DNA of 64,000 nucleotides from the human T2T-CHM13v2.0 reference genome, Homo sapiens. The position numbers and the translations under genes were made by a program. The notes under the pieces were generated by a model. That model ran no database searches. It had not been told where the DNA came from and saw nothing but the letters and a program-made list of their open reading frames with translations. Shown one piece after another: positions 1-26,189 of this stretch. The stretch lies in the NCBI RefSeq assembly GCF_009914755.1, contig NC_060925.1; one strand, written 5' to 3'. Each line of letters opens with the position of its first letter. Position 1 is the first letter of the stretch.

Positions 1-385
1 GAATTTACCAATTTTGTTCATGTCTATCTCCTCCCACTTGACTGTAAGCTCTATGACTATTAATGAAATATCTACTAATTCATTCAATTAATTGAATACT
101 GCTATTAAGTGCCAAGCACTGTGCTAAGCAATGGAGCTACAAGATGACTAAAACTGCTTGTAGGTCTTGTGAGGGAAGAATCCTAATGACAATAAATGTA
201 GCTCATTTAGTCAATGCTTCTCCAAACATCGTGATGGCTAATACTAAAACAGACTCAGTTCTGCATGCTCTATTTCATTTAACCCTCACCGAAACCTACA
301 CGGTGACCATCAGCAGCCTCATCGTAAAGCATAAAAAAACAAGATTGCAAGGCTGGGAAATGGCAGTCAGGATCTGAACCACGGT
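1..385. mobile_element. L2 and MIR remnants upstream of the TMEM39B promoter
   Basis: GACTGTAAGCTC and GTGCCAAGCACTGTGCTAAGC (L2-like); TTTCATTTAACCCTCAC...AAATGGCAGTCAGGATCTGAACC (MIR-like). Confidence 0.5.
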
Positions 386-852
386 GTTGACAATGAGAAC
401 GGTGAGTAACGTCAAATGTGAGAAATATTTAGGACTTAGGCTCACAAAGACTAAGGCAAAGATCGGATGTGGGGGCCGAGGGAGGGAGGAAATGACTCCT
501 GGATTTTGACTGGGGTGGACTAAAGCGCAGTGAGGCCTAAGAGAAGGATGAAGCGCAACGTGGGGCTGGGCTGGAGGTGCCTGCGGACCGGTCAGGGATA
601 TGGTCCACCCCTAGGGGAGCGGAGAGGCGGCTCCGCACCCTCCTCCGGTCGCCGCCGCCCCGGTCCAGGAGATGCTGAGAGAAGACACGCACGGGAAGAG
701 CAGGAGGTGGGTTCCGTTCCCCTCCCTCTTGAGTCTCTTCACCAGCAGCTGCAGGAAGGGCGTGGGGGACCGAGAGACAAAGAGCGCGCAGGCACCGCCT
801 CCGTCCGGGCGGCCCCTTTAAGAAGCGCGCGCCAGCTTCCAGCCCGCCTTGT

Positions 853-860
853 ATGCAAAT
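853..860 (+). promoter_or_regulatory. Perfect octamer motif ATGCAAAT (POU/Oct-1-type site)
   Basis: Exact ATGCAAAT about 140 bp upstream of the start codon, inside the CpG island. Binding is not shown. Confidence 0.5.
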
Positions 861-996
861 GTAGCGGCGCGGCGGGAGCGCGCGGCTGATACCCGGGACT
901 GGGCTGCGGCGGTTAGTCCTCTCCCGGCCGCCGTCGCCTCCGACATATTGCCCGCAGGAGCTGCGGCGGCGAAGCGGAGAGCACCGGGGGGAGGAG

Positions 997-1000
997 ATGG
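997..1000 (+). CDS. TMEM39B: TMEM39B exon 1, coding part (ATG G)
   Basis: gagATGG|gtgagc: strong Kozak context followed at once by a GT donor; joins exon 2 in frame to give [18 protein letters not shown]. Confidence 0.93.
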
Positions 1001-2853
1001 GTGAGCAGAGCGGCTCAGGCTCGGCCTGGCAACGAGCGGGCGCACGGGTTAGGATGGCCAGGCTGCTAATTGCTGCTCCACGCGGACAGGAGCCCGGTGA
1101 CGGGAGGGGGAGGGGATGCGAGCGCAGACGGGATCCCGCCCCCTCCTGTCGTTTTGCGGGGTGGGGCCTCTGTTGTGGGGGCGGGACATTGGACGGTGGG
1201 CGGGGCTTCTAAGACGAAGCCCTGTGGGGGCTTGGGCTTTCGTGAGGACCAGCTCGTCGGGGCTAGAAAGGGGGGCGGGACTTACCAGTGGGCGTGGCTT
1301 CAGCGCTAAGGGTGGAGATTCTGGGCAGGGGGCGCTAGTGCAGTCGGCGTTTCTGGGTTGGAGGGGTTACACTGGGGGCGGTGGAGCGGGGAGACTTCCG
1401 ACTGAGGGAGCCCATTCTGGAGTGGGGCTTCTGGGCTGAGAGGGCTTTTATTGGCTTGTGGGCGGGGTTTCTGGGCTGACAGTTGTGTGTAGGCGGAGCT
1501 TCTGGGCTGAGGGGCTTTATGTGGGTGCAGAGCTTCTAAAGAGAGGAGAGTGGGTGTGGGCAGAGCTTCTGGACTGGACTAAGGGTGTTTGTGTGGGATT
1601 TTCTAAGCCAAGTATAACAGCGTATGAACAGAGCTTCTGGTCTGGGGGTTTATGGAGGGCAGAGCTCTTCGCCAGGTACTTTTTAGAGACTTGTGGAGGT
1701 TTATAATTTTGGGCATACATCCAAGCCCAAAATTGGCTCCGAAGTGTGGGAAACGCTTCCGAGCTGAGATGCTACGGCGTGGGGTGTATGTGAATGGAGG
1801 CTGCTGTGTTACTGTGAAGAGGTATGAACAGGTTATAACTTTTTAAAAATATGTATATGTATGTATATATATTTTTTAATAGAGACCGGGTTTCGCCATG
1901 TTGCCCAGGCTGGTCTCCAACTCCTGGTCTCAAGCGATCCTCCCGCCTCGGCCTCACAAATTGCTGAGATTACAGTCGTGAGCCACCACACCCAGTCAGG
2001 TTGTGACTTTTTTAGGTGCTTAGGAGCTTTGTGCAGAACTTTTGTGCGAAGTGGTGCGTGGGAGCTTGGGCTAGACTGCTCAGCCTAGTAGGTCCAATTT
2101 TTCAGTCCACAGCCACAGGATTCTCCCAGCCATATCCTTGACCCTTTATTTAGGCCCTGGGTCCTGCCCATGAGATCCCAGAATGCCCTTTGAGCTGAAT
2201 CATGGGGCCCTGGATGAAAAAGCTGTCCCAAAGTTACCCAGAGTTATAGGCCTCCAGAAACTTATGTCTGAATGGGGCCCAATGTGTACCAGAGTTGAGA
2301 GCACACGACCCAGCCACGATACTGTGACATAGTGTAAGCTGAGTTTCCTAATGTGTGAAAAACCTACCTTGCTGGGTTCATTCACTCATCAACATATACT
2401 TGCTGGGCACTGAGGTAGGGGATATAGCAGTGAAAAAGATAAGGTAACTGACCTCATTGACCTTTCATTGTAATAGGACAGACAAGCAATAAGCATATTA
2501 ACAAATGAGTAAGATAATTTCAGAGAGTGAATTCTGGTGGAAAAAAAGAATAGAAATTGGAGAGAGAGTGATGGGGAGTTACTTCAAAACTTCAGAAATG
2601 GCAGTCCGGGAAAGGCTTTCCAGATAGGATATTATAAGTGCTAGAGGTAGCAATGAGCTTGGCTTGCTGAGGAAAGAAAGATCAAGATGTTTAGAGCATG
2701 GGGCGGGTGGTAGAGGGTGGGTGTGAGGTAGAGAATGATAGGGGATGAAGCTGAAGATGTAAGAAGGGGCCAGATCATAGGTCTCAGTGAGGATTAAATG
2801 ATAAAGTGAGATACTAGGTGACTGGCAGCTGGTATCATTGCTGTTATCCTTGA

Positions 2854-3027
<174 letters not shown>

Positions 3028-3528
3028 TAAACCACCTCTCTGTCTCACCCCTCACTGTGGCCTCACAGGGACGATGTGGACAGGGCTCTCTCTGACTGGA
3101 TTCTAAGATGTGAAATCCTAGATGCCAGTGGGGGCTTAGAGGGGAGTAAGCAGCAGAAAAGATCCAGAGGGAGCTCAGTTGAGGGTGATCACTTGGACAG
3201 ATGCAGTGGGACATGGTAGAATAAATCCAAAGGCCTGGATTCTAATTACAGTTCTGCTCCAGATTTGCTGATGGCTTGGACAAGTTGCCTCCCTTCTCTG
3301 GGCCTCCTTTTCCTCATCTGTAAGATGGACCTAATAATTCTTTCTCTCCTAGGGGGTGTTGGAAGACCTGAATAAGATTAGGGATAGGAAAAGGCTTTGT
3401 CGGGTTCCTTTGTCTGACAAGCAGGATTAGGAAGACCCCGTCCTTGCTATGAGCTGCTTTTCTGATCTTATCCCACAATCCTTTGCCTCAGAAGCCCTTC
3501 CTGGTAGGATTCTCAGGTCAGCTGCTGA

Positions 3529-3855
<327 letters not shown>

Positions 3856-4003
3856 TAGCATATCCTACTAAGCACCACTGTGCACTTGGCTCCATGCTGA
3901 ACATGGAAGGTGCTGAAGGAACAGGAAACTGATGATTCACTGAATACTCCTAGTGTGTTTAGTAGCACATTGGGCACTGTAAGTGTATGGGAGATGAATC
4001 TGA

Positions 4004-4408
<405 letters not shown>

Positions 4409-4686
4409 TGAGTGCTTCAAGGGGAGGAAAGACTTCAGTGCAGACACAGTATAGGGACAGGGGCATGTGTGAGCAGAGCAAGAGGGCTCACATACCACTC
4501 TCTTATCCCCAGGGACTGTCCCACTTCCCTTCTCGGGGTCCTGTCCTACTCCTGTAGGTAATTTCCTGGCCTGACTCAGCTGGAGGCCGATGAAGGTCAG
4601 AGAATGAGGACAGTCTCTGTGGAAAGAAATGGGCAGCGGGAGGTGGGTATGAAAAAAGCCTGCATATGGGCAAGGGGCCCACATGA

Positions 4687-5268
<582 letters not shown>

Positions 5269-6472
5269 TGAGTACCCCTCACTTCACCCCTCACTGCCCA
5301 GCACCTGGCCCCTGACCTCTGCCCTGACCGTAGCTGGCTCACCAGGCCTCCATATCTGGAAGATCGGAGGCAGGCAGCAACATCCTCTCACATTGTCAGA
5401 TGACACTCACTCACTGAGGTCAGGATAATTAGCCTTTTTTTGCAGACGAAACTGAGGTGGCATAATTTACCCAGCTCTCACTATGGGGGAGGTCAGAATG
5501 GGACTCAGATCTGCATATATATCCCAAAGGAACATTCCCAAGAGGGAATGTATGGGCTTTGTCTCCCTCGCTCTTCCTTTCCCCTCCCTCTGGTTCTTTC
5601 CCTTTCTCTGTGTCTCTCTTTGTGTATCTCAGTGTTTGTGTAATCTCTTGGTATCTCCCTGAGTCTGTGTGCCAGCAAACAGCTGCATGGTTGCATGTCT
5701 CTGTGTGGGTGTCTATGCATGAAGCGTGTGGGTGTCTATGCATGAAGCATGTGTGTGTGCCTGCATATGCATGTGTGTATGCCTTTGTGCCTGTTTTTGC
5801 TCTCTTTCTCCGTCTCACCAGACCCTAGATTGTTGAGGATGGAGAGACTGTTTCGGGGATGTGCCCAGGACTGCCCATTTCTCGCCTTGCATCAGGGAGA
5901 ACTTTGGTGAGGTGTTGGATCTGGCTGCTTCTGGGGCAGGCTGCTGGCTGCCTGAGCATTAACAGTCGTTTCCCAACCCCCAGGTTTTCTGGTTCACAAA
6001 ATTCCTCAAGCTGGGTCAATCCTGGTCTCTGGGAAGCTTCAGAGCTGGCACCTCCCCCTTTCTACCCTGCATGTCCAAAAAGGCACTGGCATGGGAGCCC
6101 TGTCACACTTCCTTCAGTTATATCTACTTTTTAATTATAAGAGTGACATGTGGCCAGGCACAGTAGCACAAACCTGTAATCCCAGCACTTTGGAGGCCAA
6201 GACAGGCAGATTGCTTGAGTCCAGGGGTTTGAGACCAGCCTAGGCAACATGGCGAAATCCTGTCTACTAAAAACATAAAAAACTAGCCAGGTGTGGTGAG
6301 GCACGCCTATAGTCCCAGCTACTCAGGAAGCTGAGGTGGGAGAATCACCTGAGCTCAGGAGGTCGAGGCTGCAGTGAGCCGAAATTGTGCCACTGTACTC
6401 TAGCTTAAGCAACTGGAGTGAGGTCCTGTCTTTAAAAAAAAAAAACATTATAATGTCTTATAAAAACATTAA

Positions 6473-6902
<430 letters not shown>

Positions 6903-6971
6903 TAAAAAAGAAAAATGGTATTATGCTATGCATGATGTACAATTTACCACACTTTTCACTTAATCATATAA

Positions 6972-7646
<675 letters not shown>

Positions 7647-7662
7647 TGCCTCATTTTTTTAA

Positions 7663-7896
<234 letters not shown>

Positions 7897-8395
7897 TAGT
7901 AGAGATGGGGTTTCTCCATGTTGGTCAGGCTGGTCTCAGGTGATCCGCCTGCCTTGGCCTCCCAAAGTGCTGGGATTACAGACATGAGCCACCATGCTCG
8001 GCAATTTTTTGTATTCTTAGTAGAGATGGGGTTTCACCGTGTTAGCCAGGATGGTCTCGATCTCCTGACCTCGTGATCCGCCCACCTTGGTCTCCCAAAG
8101 TGCTGTGATTACAGGCGTGAGCCACCGTGCCTGGCCTACTGGCAAACTTTTAAGTTGTTTCTAGCTTTTCCTTATTCATAACAATGAATAATTGCATATG
8201 TGTCCAGTATCTCTGCACAGTAGATTCCCAGAAGAATTAACTACACCAAAAGATGGATTCATTTAGATTTTTCATAGTTATTAACAAATTGTCCTTCGAA
8301 AGGGTTGCACTGGTTAGAACTTAAGAGTTGCCTGTCGGACGCGGTGGCTCATGCCTGTAATCCCAGCACTTTGGGAGGCTGAGGCGGGTGGATCA

Positions 8396-8737
<342 letters not shown>

Positions 8738-9000
8738 TCATTATTTAATTTAAAAATGTTTATTGACCAAATATAAACATATTGTAAAAAATTAAATCCA
8801 ATAGTGCTGAAAAGCTTATAATGAAAACCATTGCTGGGCACGGTAGCTCATGCCTGTGATCTCAGTGACTTGGGAGGCTGAGGTGAGAAGATTGCTTTAG
8901 CTGGTGGATTTGAGGCCGAAGTGAGCCATGATCACACCAGTGCACTTCAGCGTGGACAACAGAGTGAGACCCTGTCTCTAAAAATAAATAAATAAATAAA

Positions 9001-9106
9001 TAGAAAAACATTAGTCTCCAATCCCGCCTCCAGATTTTTAGTCCCACTCTTCATAGAAAAACATTAGTCTCCAATCCCGCCTCCAGATTTTTAGTCCCAC
9101 TCTTCA
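9001..9106 (+). repeat. Perfect 53-bp tandem duplication (2 copies)
   Basis: TAGAAAAACATTAGTCTCCAATCCCGCCTCCAGATTTTTAGTCCCACTCTTCA at 9001-9053 and 9054-9106. Confidence 0.97.
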
Positions 9107-9110
9107 ATAG

Positions 9111-13415
<4,305 letters not shown>

Positions 13416-13482
13416 ATTTGGCTGGGCGTGGTGGCTCACGCCAGTAATCCCTGCACTTTGAGAGGCCAAGGTGGGTGGATCA

Positions 13483-13743
<261 letters not shown>

Positions 13744-14294
13744 TCACTGGGGTCAATTTTTCTGTTTCATGCTGCTTGTTTTCCAAGTATAGTTGGCTTG
13801 TTTGCTTGTCTCTTTATATGTAAAAATGAAGGACTGAGTAGCAGGAGTGCAGTTTCTTTCTCTCTGTCATTGTTTAAGGGGGTAAGAGCTTTGACTGGAA
13901 ACTTTAAGTACATGGGCAGGGCACACTGACTGGCAGGCTTTGCTTTGAGGATGAGTGAGTGAAGTGCTGGTTGTTAGGCTTTGAGCCTCCGTAGGCCAGA
14001 AAGGGAGTGGTGGGGGTGTTACTCTAAGATATCGCCATTAGAGACCTCAATTCTCAGTTTACTCAATTTCTTTAGAAAAGAATCCTTCAGGGTGTGTTGT
14101 ATGAGGTGAGTAGGGGAATAAAGGGACTGACTCTTATAAATAAACATAGGTCATTGTTTAATCCCATTTATTCATACCTGCTCCCCACTTCATCTTCTAT
14201 CATATGTGCCCACTTCAAGGCAGAGTCTCTCTTGGGTCACTCTGGGTAGATAAGCTCCCACCTCCAGTCCAGTTCGCTCATGCCATATTCTAGA

Positions 14295-16446
<2,152 letters not shown>

Positions 16447-17635
16447 TCATCATGTCTCCATCTGCTTTCTAAATTTGTCAGAATCATTTGTGCACTGATG
16501 ACCCTCACTCCCATTTTTTTTTTTTTTTTTTCTGATACAGATTTATTTTCTACTTTGATAGACTCACATGTAGGGTGGAGGAGGTGGGAGGGAATCTGCT
16601 ATCATGCATATGAAGCTGCTTCTAACTTCTAACCTGTCAGAGCAGTCTGTCACCAAATAATTTAATTGATCATAGGACCTATCTGCAGTCCTTCTTAGAG
16701 ACAAAGCCAGCGAGATTCTTTAAGTTTAAGCTGGAGACCTTTGTATGTTCACATAGGTGCCCCCGCCCCCTCATTACCACAAGATACCCTGAAGAGTATT
16801 TCGGGAATGCCATTTTAGTCTTTTTTCCTGTCCCCATAGAATCACTGGCCTCTTCCTTTTCTAGTCAAAATTCTATTGATCATCTATTCTGGGCCAGAAA
16901 CTATGCTAAGGGTTGTTGTAGGACTAAAAGACAGTATTTATGAGAAAACTAGTGTAATACCTTGCTGAGAGTGGGATCAATACAAGCTATGTAATTTAGG
17001 GCAAGTTAAGGAAACTGAGGCTCATAGAGGTTAAATAACTTGCCATAAATCACAGAGCTAGTAAGTGGCAGAGCTGGGAATTTTTTTTTTTTTTTTTTTT
17101 TTTTAGACAGGGTCTCATTCTGTCACCCAGGCTGGAGTGCAGTAGTGTGATCTCAGCTCATTGCAGCCTTGAACCCCGCTAGGATCAGGTGATCTTCCCA
17201 CCTCCACCTCCCAAATAGCTGCAACTATAGGCATGTAGTCTGGCTACTTTTTGTATTTTTTGTAGAGACAAGGGTTTCGCCATCTTGCCCAGGCTGGTCT
17301 TGATCTCATGGCTCAAGCAGTTTCTCTACCTCTGCCTCCCGAAGTGCTGGGATTACAGGTTTGAACCACCACACCCAGCCCAGAGCTGGGATTTTGATCC
17401 AGGCCTGTTTGACCCTAAAGGTTGTGCTCTTGACCACAGTTCTGTTTTTATATTACGGACTGTACAGTATAATTGACCACAATTATGGTAGCATCCCTAT
17501 TTTATAGACTGGAAAACAGAAACTCAGGGAGGCTAAATGACTTGCCAGGGACACTCAGATATTTCTTCTTGGGACCCCCAGAAAAAAGTAAAAGGAGATT
17601 TTTTTTTTTTTTTTAAATGGAGTCTCACTCTGTTA

Positions 17636-18145
<510 letters not shown>

Positions 18146-18504
18146 TCAGTTTTTATAATTACTTTTCTAGACTATGGGCCCATCTAGTTTTCTCCGCATA
18201 CAATAGCAGCCACACACATAATTAGCTCCAGCCCTGCTCTCAGGGTGCTGCTCAGGGGAAAGGATTTGTTCTGTTCAAGGGCCCATTTCAGTGCCTGGTA
18301 CGTAATAAACACATACATATTTGTTCCTGAACCGCCCTCTGCAAACTAAAGAGCTGTTCTCATATGCACCCATAACAACTCATTACTTATACCTCTCTTG
18401 TGCGTGTATTTTTTTTTTTCTGAGACAAAGTCTTACTCTGCCCGGCCAGAGTGCAGTGGCACAATCATGGGTCACTGCAGCCTCAACCTCCTAGGTTCAG
18501 GTGA

Positions 18505-18825
<321 letters not shown>

Positions 18826-18908
18826 TGATCCGCCCACCTCAGCCTCCCAAAGTGCTGGGATTACAGGCGTGAGCCACTGCGCCTGGCCCATACCTGCCTA
18901 ATTTTTAA

Positions 18909-19064
<156 letters not shown>

Positions 19065-19567
19065 TAATGATTTGTTGAGTAGGTGCCTTGATCTTTGGTA
19101 CCAAACAGTTCTGATTTTGAGTCCCACCCCCACCTGCCCTATCACTTCCTTACTAATGTGTAAGCTTTGGGAATTTACTTCACCTTTCTGAGCCAAGGCT
19201 TCCTCAGCTGAAAAGGGGACAAAATAACAGCACCTAATGAATAGTGTTGTTATGAGAAAAGCGTTTGCCTGAAAGCATTCGGTACAGTGCCTGGAACATA
19301 GGCCGAGCCCAGCGAATGTGGGCTGTTGCTGTTAGTCATCCCTAGGCTGCGAGTGCAGGGACTTGTCTCTTGCTTCCTACTGTAGCCCCAGTGTCAGCAT
19401 TTCTGCTATACCCCTAGTGCTTGGCACGTACCGAGTGGTAATACGTGTGCTGAGTGACTGGCCATTGGATGGTAGGGTGGATGGATGGAAGGACTGGTAA
19501 ATTCTCCCCTCTGGGCAGCCAGGAGAGCTGAGGCCCAGGAAGGAAAGAAGATCCCCTCAGTGGCTGA

Positions 19568-20785
<1,218 letters not shown>

Positions 20786-21051
20786 TGACCTGTCCAAGGT
20801 CACCCAGCCAATGAGGGAGACATGGCATTGTTATTCGTAATACTTGATTACAAAGACTAGTGAGTTTGTATTTCAGCAGCTGTTGTAACACAGACATGTC
20901 ACAATGTCTGGTTTTATCATTTAGTAAGGAAGCCAGTGTTCATCCAGATTTGAGTGATCCCAAAAGCCTGTGCTCTCTTTGTCCTAACCTCTCAGTCTCC
21001 TGGGAAGGTACCTCCTCAGCTGCAAGCTGCAGTGGGCTTGAGAGAACTTAA

Positions 21052-21597
<546 letters not shown>

Positions 21598-21665
21598 TGA
21601 TCCACCCAACTTAGCCTCCCAAAGTGCTGAGGTTACAGGCGTAAGCCACTGCGCCCGGCCCTTAA

Positions 21666-21947
<282 letters not shown>

Positions 21948-22006
21948 TAGTAGAGATGGGGTTTCACCGTGTTAGCCAGGATGGCCTCGATCTCCTGACC
22001 TTGTGA

Positions 22007-22357
<351 letters not shown>

Positions 22358-22627
22358 TGAGCCACTGCGCTGGGCCTAGTAGTTGCTCTATCCTCATTTG
22401 ACAGATGAGGAAACTAAAGCACAGAGAAGGTAAGTGACTAGCCCAATGTCACATAAATAAGCAAAAGAGCCCAGATTTGAATTCAGGTCTCTTGGACCCC
22501 AGAGCCTGTTCTCTGGCTCAGAGTGGTGGGCAGTGGGAGCAAATTTCCTTGTAGAAAACCAACTAGTGGGCACAGGGCCTAAGCCTTGTTTGTTGGGTGT
22601 TTGATTCTTGGTTTCAGGCTATTCTGA

Positions 22628-22924
<297 letters not shown>

Positions 22925-25138
22925 TGAGTCACCCTACCCTGCTCAACCCAATCCCAGCCCTTCTGGTCAGCATCTGGAGTCACTTGTCCACTCGCTGATT
23001 AACTTATTTAGTTAGCAAATAGTTATTGAGCGTGTCTTGTATATTATTAGGCCAGGTGTCCAGGGTGGGGTATGGTGGGGCCTGACACACATGTTCCCTA
23101 TCCTTGGGTAACTTGCAGTGTACTGAAGATGGGAGGGGACTGATGGTAATTCATGGACTTGTTGACTTTCTCTTTGCTGACTGTTTATTCACTCATTGCC
23201 TTACTTGCTCATGCTTCACTCTTCTCTTACCTGCTCACTCATCCACTGGGTCATTACGTCACCTACTCTTTCAGCAGACATTTACTTCCACCCAATCCAT
23301 ACCAGGCCTGTGGATGTGCCAGGCAAAAGAGCTTGGACTTTGACTTAGGCCCAGCGGAGATAGAGGATTTTTAGCAGTGGAGGGACCCATGCCAAGGTGT
23401 GCTTTAGAGTCATCAGCCTGGTGCCAGGATGTGGTGCTGTGCTAGTTGATGCTGAACCCTGGCCAGGGAAGGATGAGATGGGCAAAAGAGACCTAGCTGC
23501 AAGAAGGCACTGCACCCAGAGCAGACACAGAAGTCACACTGCTCAGGGGCCCTTTTCCAAAGTACTTTTCACCCCATTATACTAATTTTCCTGCCTGTAT
23601 TTCCCCATTAGACTGGAAGCTCCTCAAGGCCAGGATCACCTCGGAAGCACATCTGAGTCTTGGGTCCAGGACAAGGCTTGGCAGAGAGGAGGCCCCTAGG
23701 ACAGGTTTGCAGAGGTAGGCCCACCAAGGAGCAGAGATGCAAGCAAGGCCATAGAAGCTAAGCCTCCTGGTGTTGGCCATGCATGTCAGTCAGGGTCCCT
23801 TTCAGGCTCTGTCCTGGAGGTCCAGAAGAGTGACTGGGCATTGCTGATTGGGCCAAAAGGAGGCTTGGCTTAGCCTTGGGCTCTGAGGGGTGGGAGGAAT
23901 AGAAAGATAGAACATAGCTGAACATGAGGATATACCTGTCCATGGCTCACCGTGGTCCTTCGCGTGGCTTCCCAGATGATGAGCTGGGTCCTGCCAGATG
24001 TTTCTGCCTCATCTTTTACCATGCCCCAACCCATCCTCTGCTCTTCAGCAAAGCAAAGCAAATCTCCTCAGGTCCTCATATGCTTTATGCACTTGTGCCT
24101 TCAGGATTTTGCATGTGATGTGTCTTTTGCTTGGGATGGTCTTTCCATTCTTTCTATCCTGATTAACTCCTATTCATCCTTTAGCACTTTGCTTCCTCCA
24201 GGAACACTTTCCTGACCATCCAGAATGGGTTCAGTGCCCCTCCCCTATAAGGGGCCCCTCCTTTCAGTGGCCCATAATACCATAATCATTGCATTTAATG
24301 CTGTCTACTGTGTTTGCTTAGTTACCTGCCTGTCATTTCAGGACTAAAAGTTCACAAAGGTCAGGGCCCTTGCCTGTCTAGCACTCAGTTGTCTCCTCTG
24401 GCCTTTTTTTTTTTTTTTTTTTTTTTTTTGAGATGGAGTCACGCTCTGTTGCCCAGGCTGGAGTGCAGTGGCACAATCTTGGCTCATTGCAATCTCCACC
24501 TCCTGGATTCAAGCGATTCTCCTGCCTCGGGCCTCCCAAGTAGCTGGGATTACAGGTGTGCACCACCACACCCGGCTAATTTTTACGTTTTTAGTAGAGA
24601 TGGGGTTTCACCATGTTAGCGAGGCTGGTCTCAAACTCCTGACCTCAGGTGATTCACTCGTCCTGGCCTCCCAAAGTGCTGGGGTTACAGGAGTGAGCCA
24701 CTACACTTGGCCTAGGCCTTTCTTTTTAAGGTAAAATTTCCATACAGTGAAATGTGCAATCCTTTTTTTTTTTTGAGACAAGGTCCCACTCTGTCTCCCA
24801 GGCTGGAGTGCAGTGGTGCAATCACAGCTCATTACAGCCACAACCTCCTGGGCTCAGGTGATCCTCCCACCTCAGCTCCCAAGTCGCTGGGATTACAGGC
24901 GCATGCCACCACATCCAGCTAATTTTTGTATTTTTTTGTAGAGACAAGGTTTTGCCATGTTGCCCAGGCTGGTCTAGAGCTTATGGGCTCGAGCGATCCA
25001 CCCACCTCGACCTCCCAGAGTGCTGGGATCACAGGCATGAGCCACTGCACTTGGCCTACAAATCTTAAAGGGTACAATTCTTTCAGTTTTGATAAAGGTA
25101 TATATACTCATGTAACCCACCCCTCATTCAAGATATAG

Positions 25139-25559
<421 letters not shown>

Positions 25560-25967
25560 TAGGCGTGAGCTGTTGCACCCGGCCCCAACTTCTTTTTTTT
25601 GTTTGTTTGTTTTTGAGATGGAGTCTCGCTCTGTCGCCCAGGCTGGAGTGCAGTGGTGTGATCTCGGCTCACTGCAAGCTCCGCCTCCCAGGTTCACACC
25701 ATTCTCCTGCGTCAGCCTCCTGAGTAGCTGGGACTACAGATGCCCGCCACCGCACCTGGCTAATTTTTTGTATTTTTAGTAGAGACAGGGTTTCACCATG
25801 GTCTCAATCTCCTGACCTCATGATCCATCCGCCTCAGCCTCTCAAAGTGCTGAGATTACAGGCGTGAGCCACCGTGCCCGGCCCCCAACTTCTTTTATTC
25901 AGCATATTGTTTGTGAGGTTCATTCATGTTATGAGTCGCACAATAACTTTTCTTTTTTGTTTTTTGA

Positions 25968-26189
<222 letters not shown>

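Larger units (their letters stand above)
520..1400. promoter_or_regulatory. TMEM39B: CpG island / promoter of TMEM39B (boundaries approximate)
   Basis: GC-rich, CpG-dense stretch around the first coding exon, with GC boxes (e.g. GGGGCGGGG near 1197-1205). Confidence 0.85.

Noticed and set aside
530-1706. Arg/Gly/Ala-rich ORFs across the TMEM39B CpG island (similarly 35684-36479 at KPNA6)
   Set aside because: Stop codons are rare in GC-rich sequence; the real coding content there is the 4-nt first exon.
9001-9106. Direct repeats as a possible CRISPR-like array
   Set aside because: Only two adjacent copies, no spacers, eukaryotic context.
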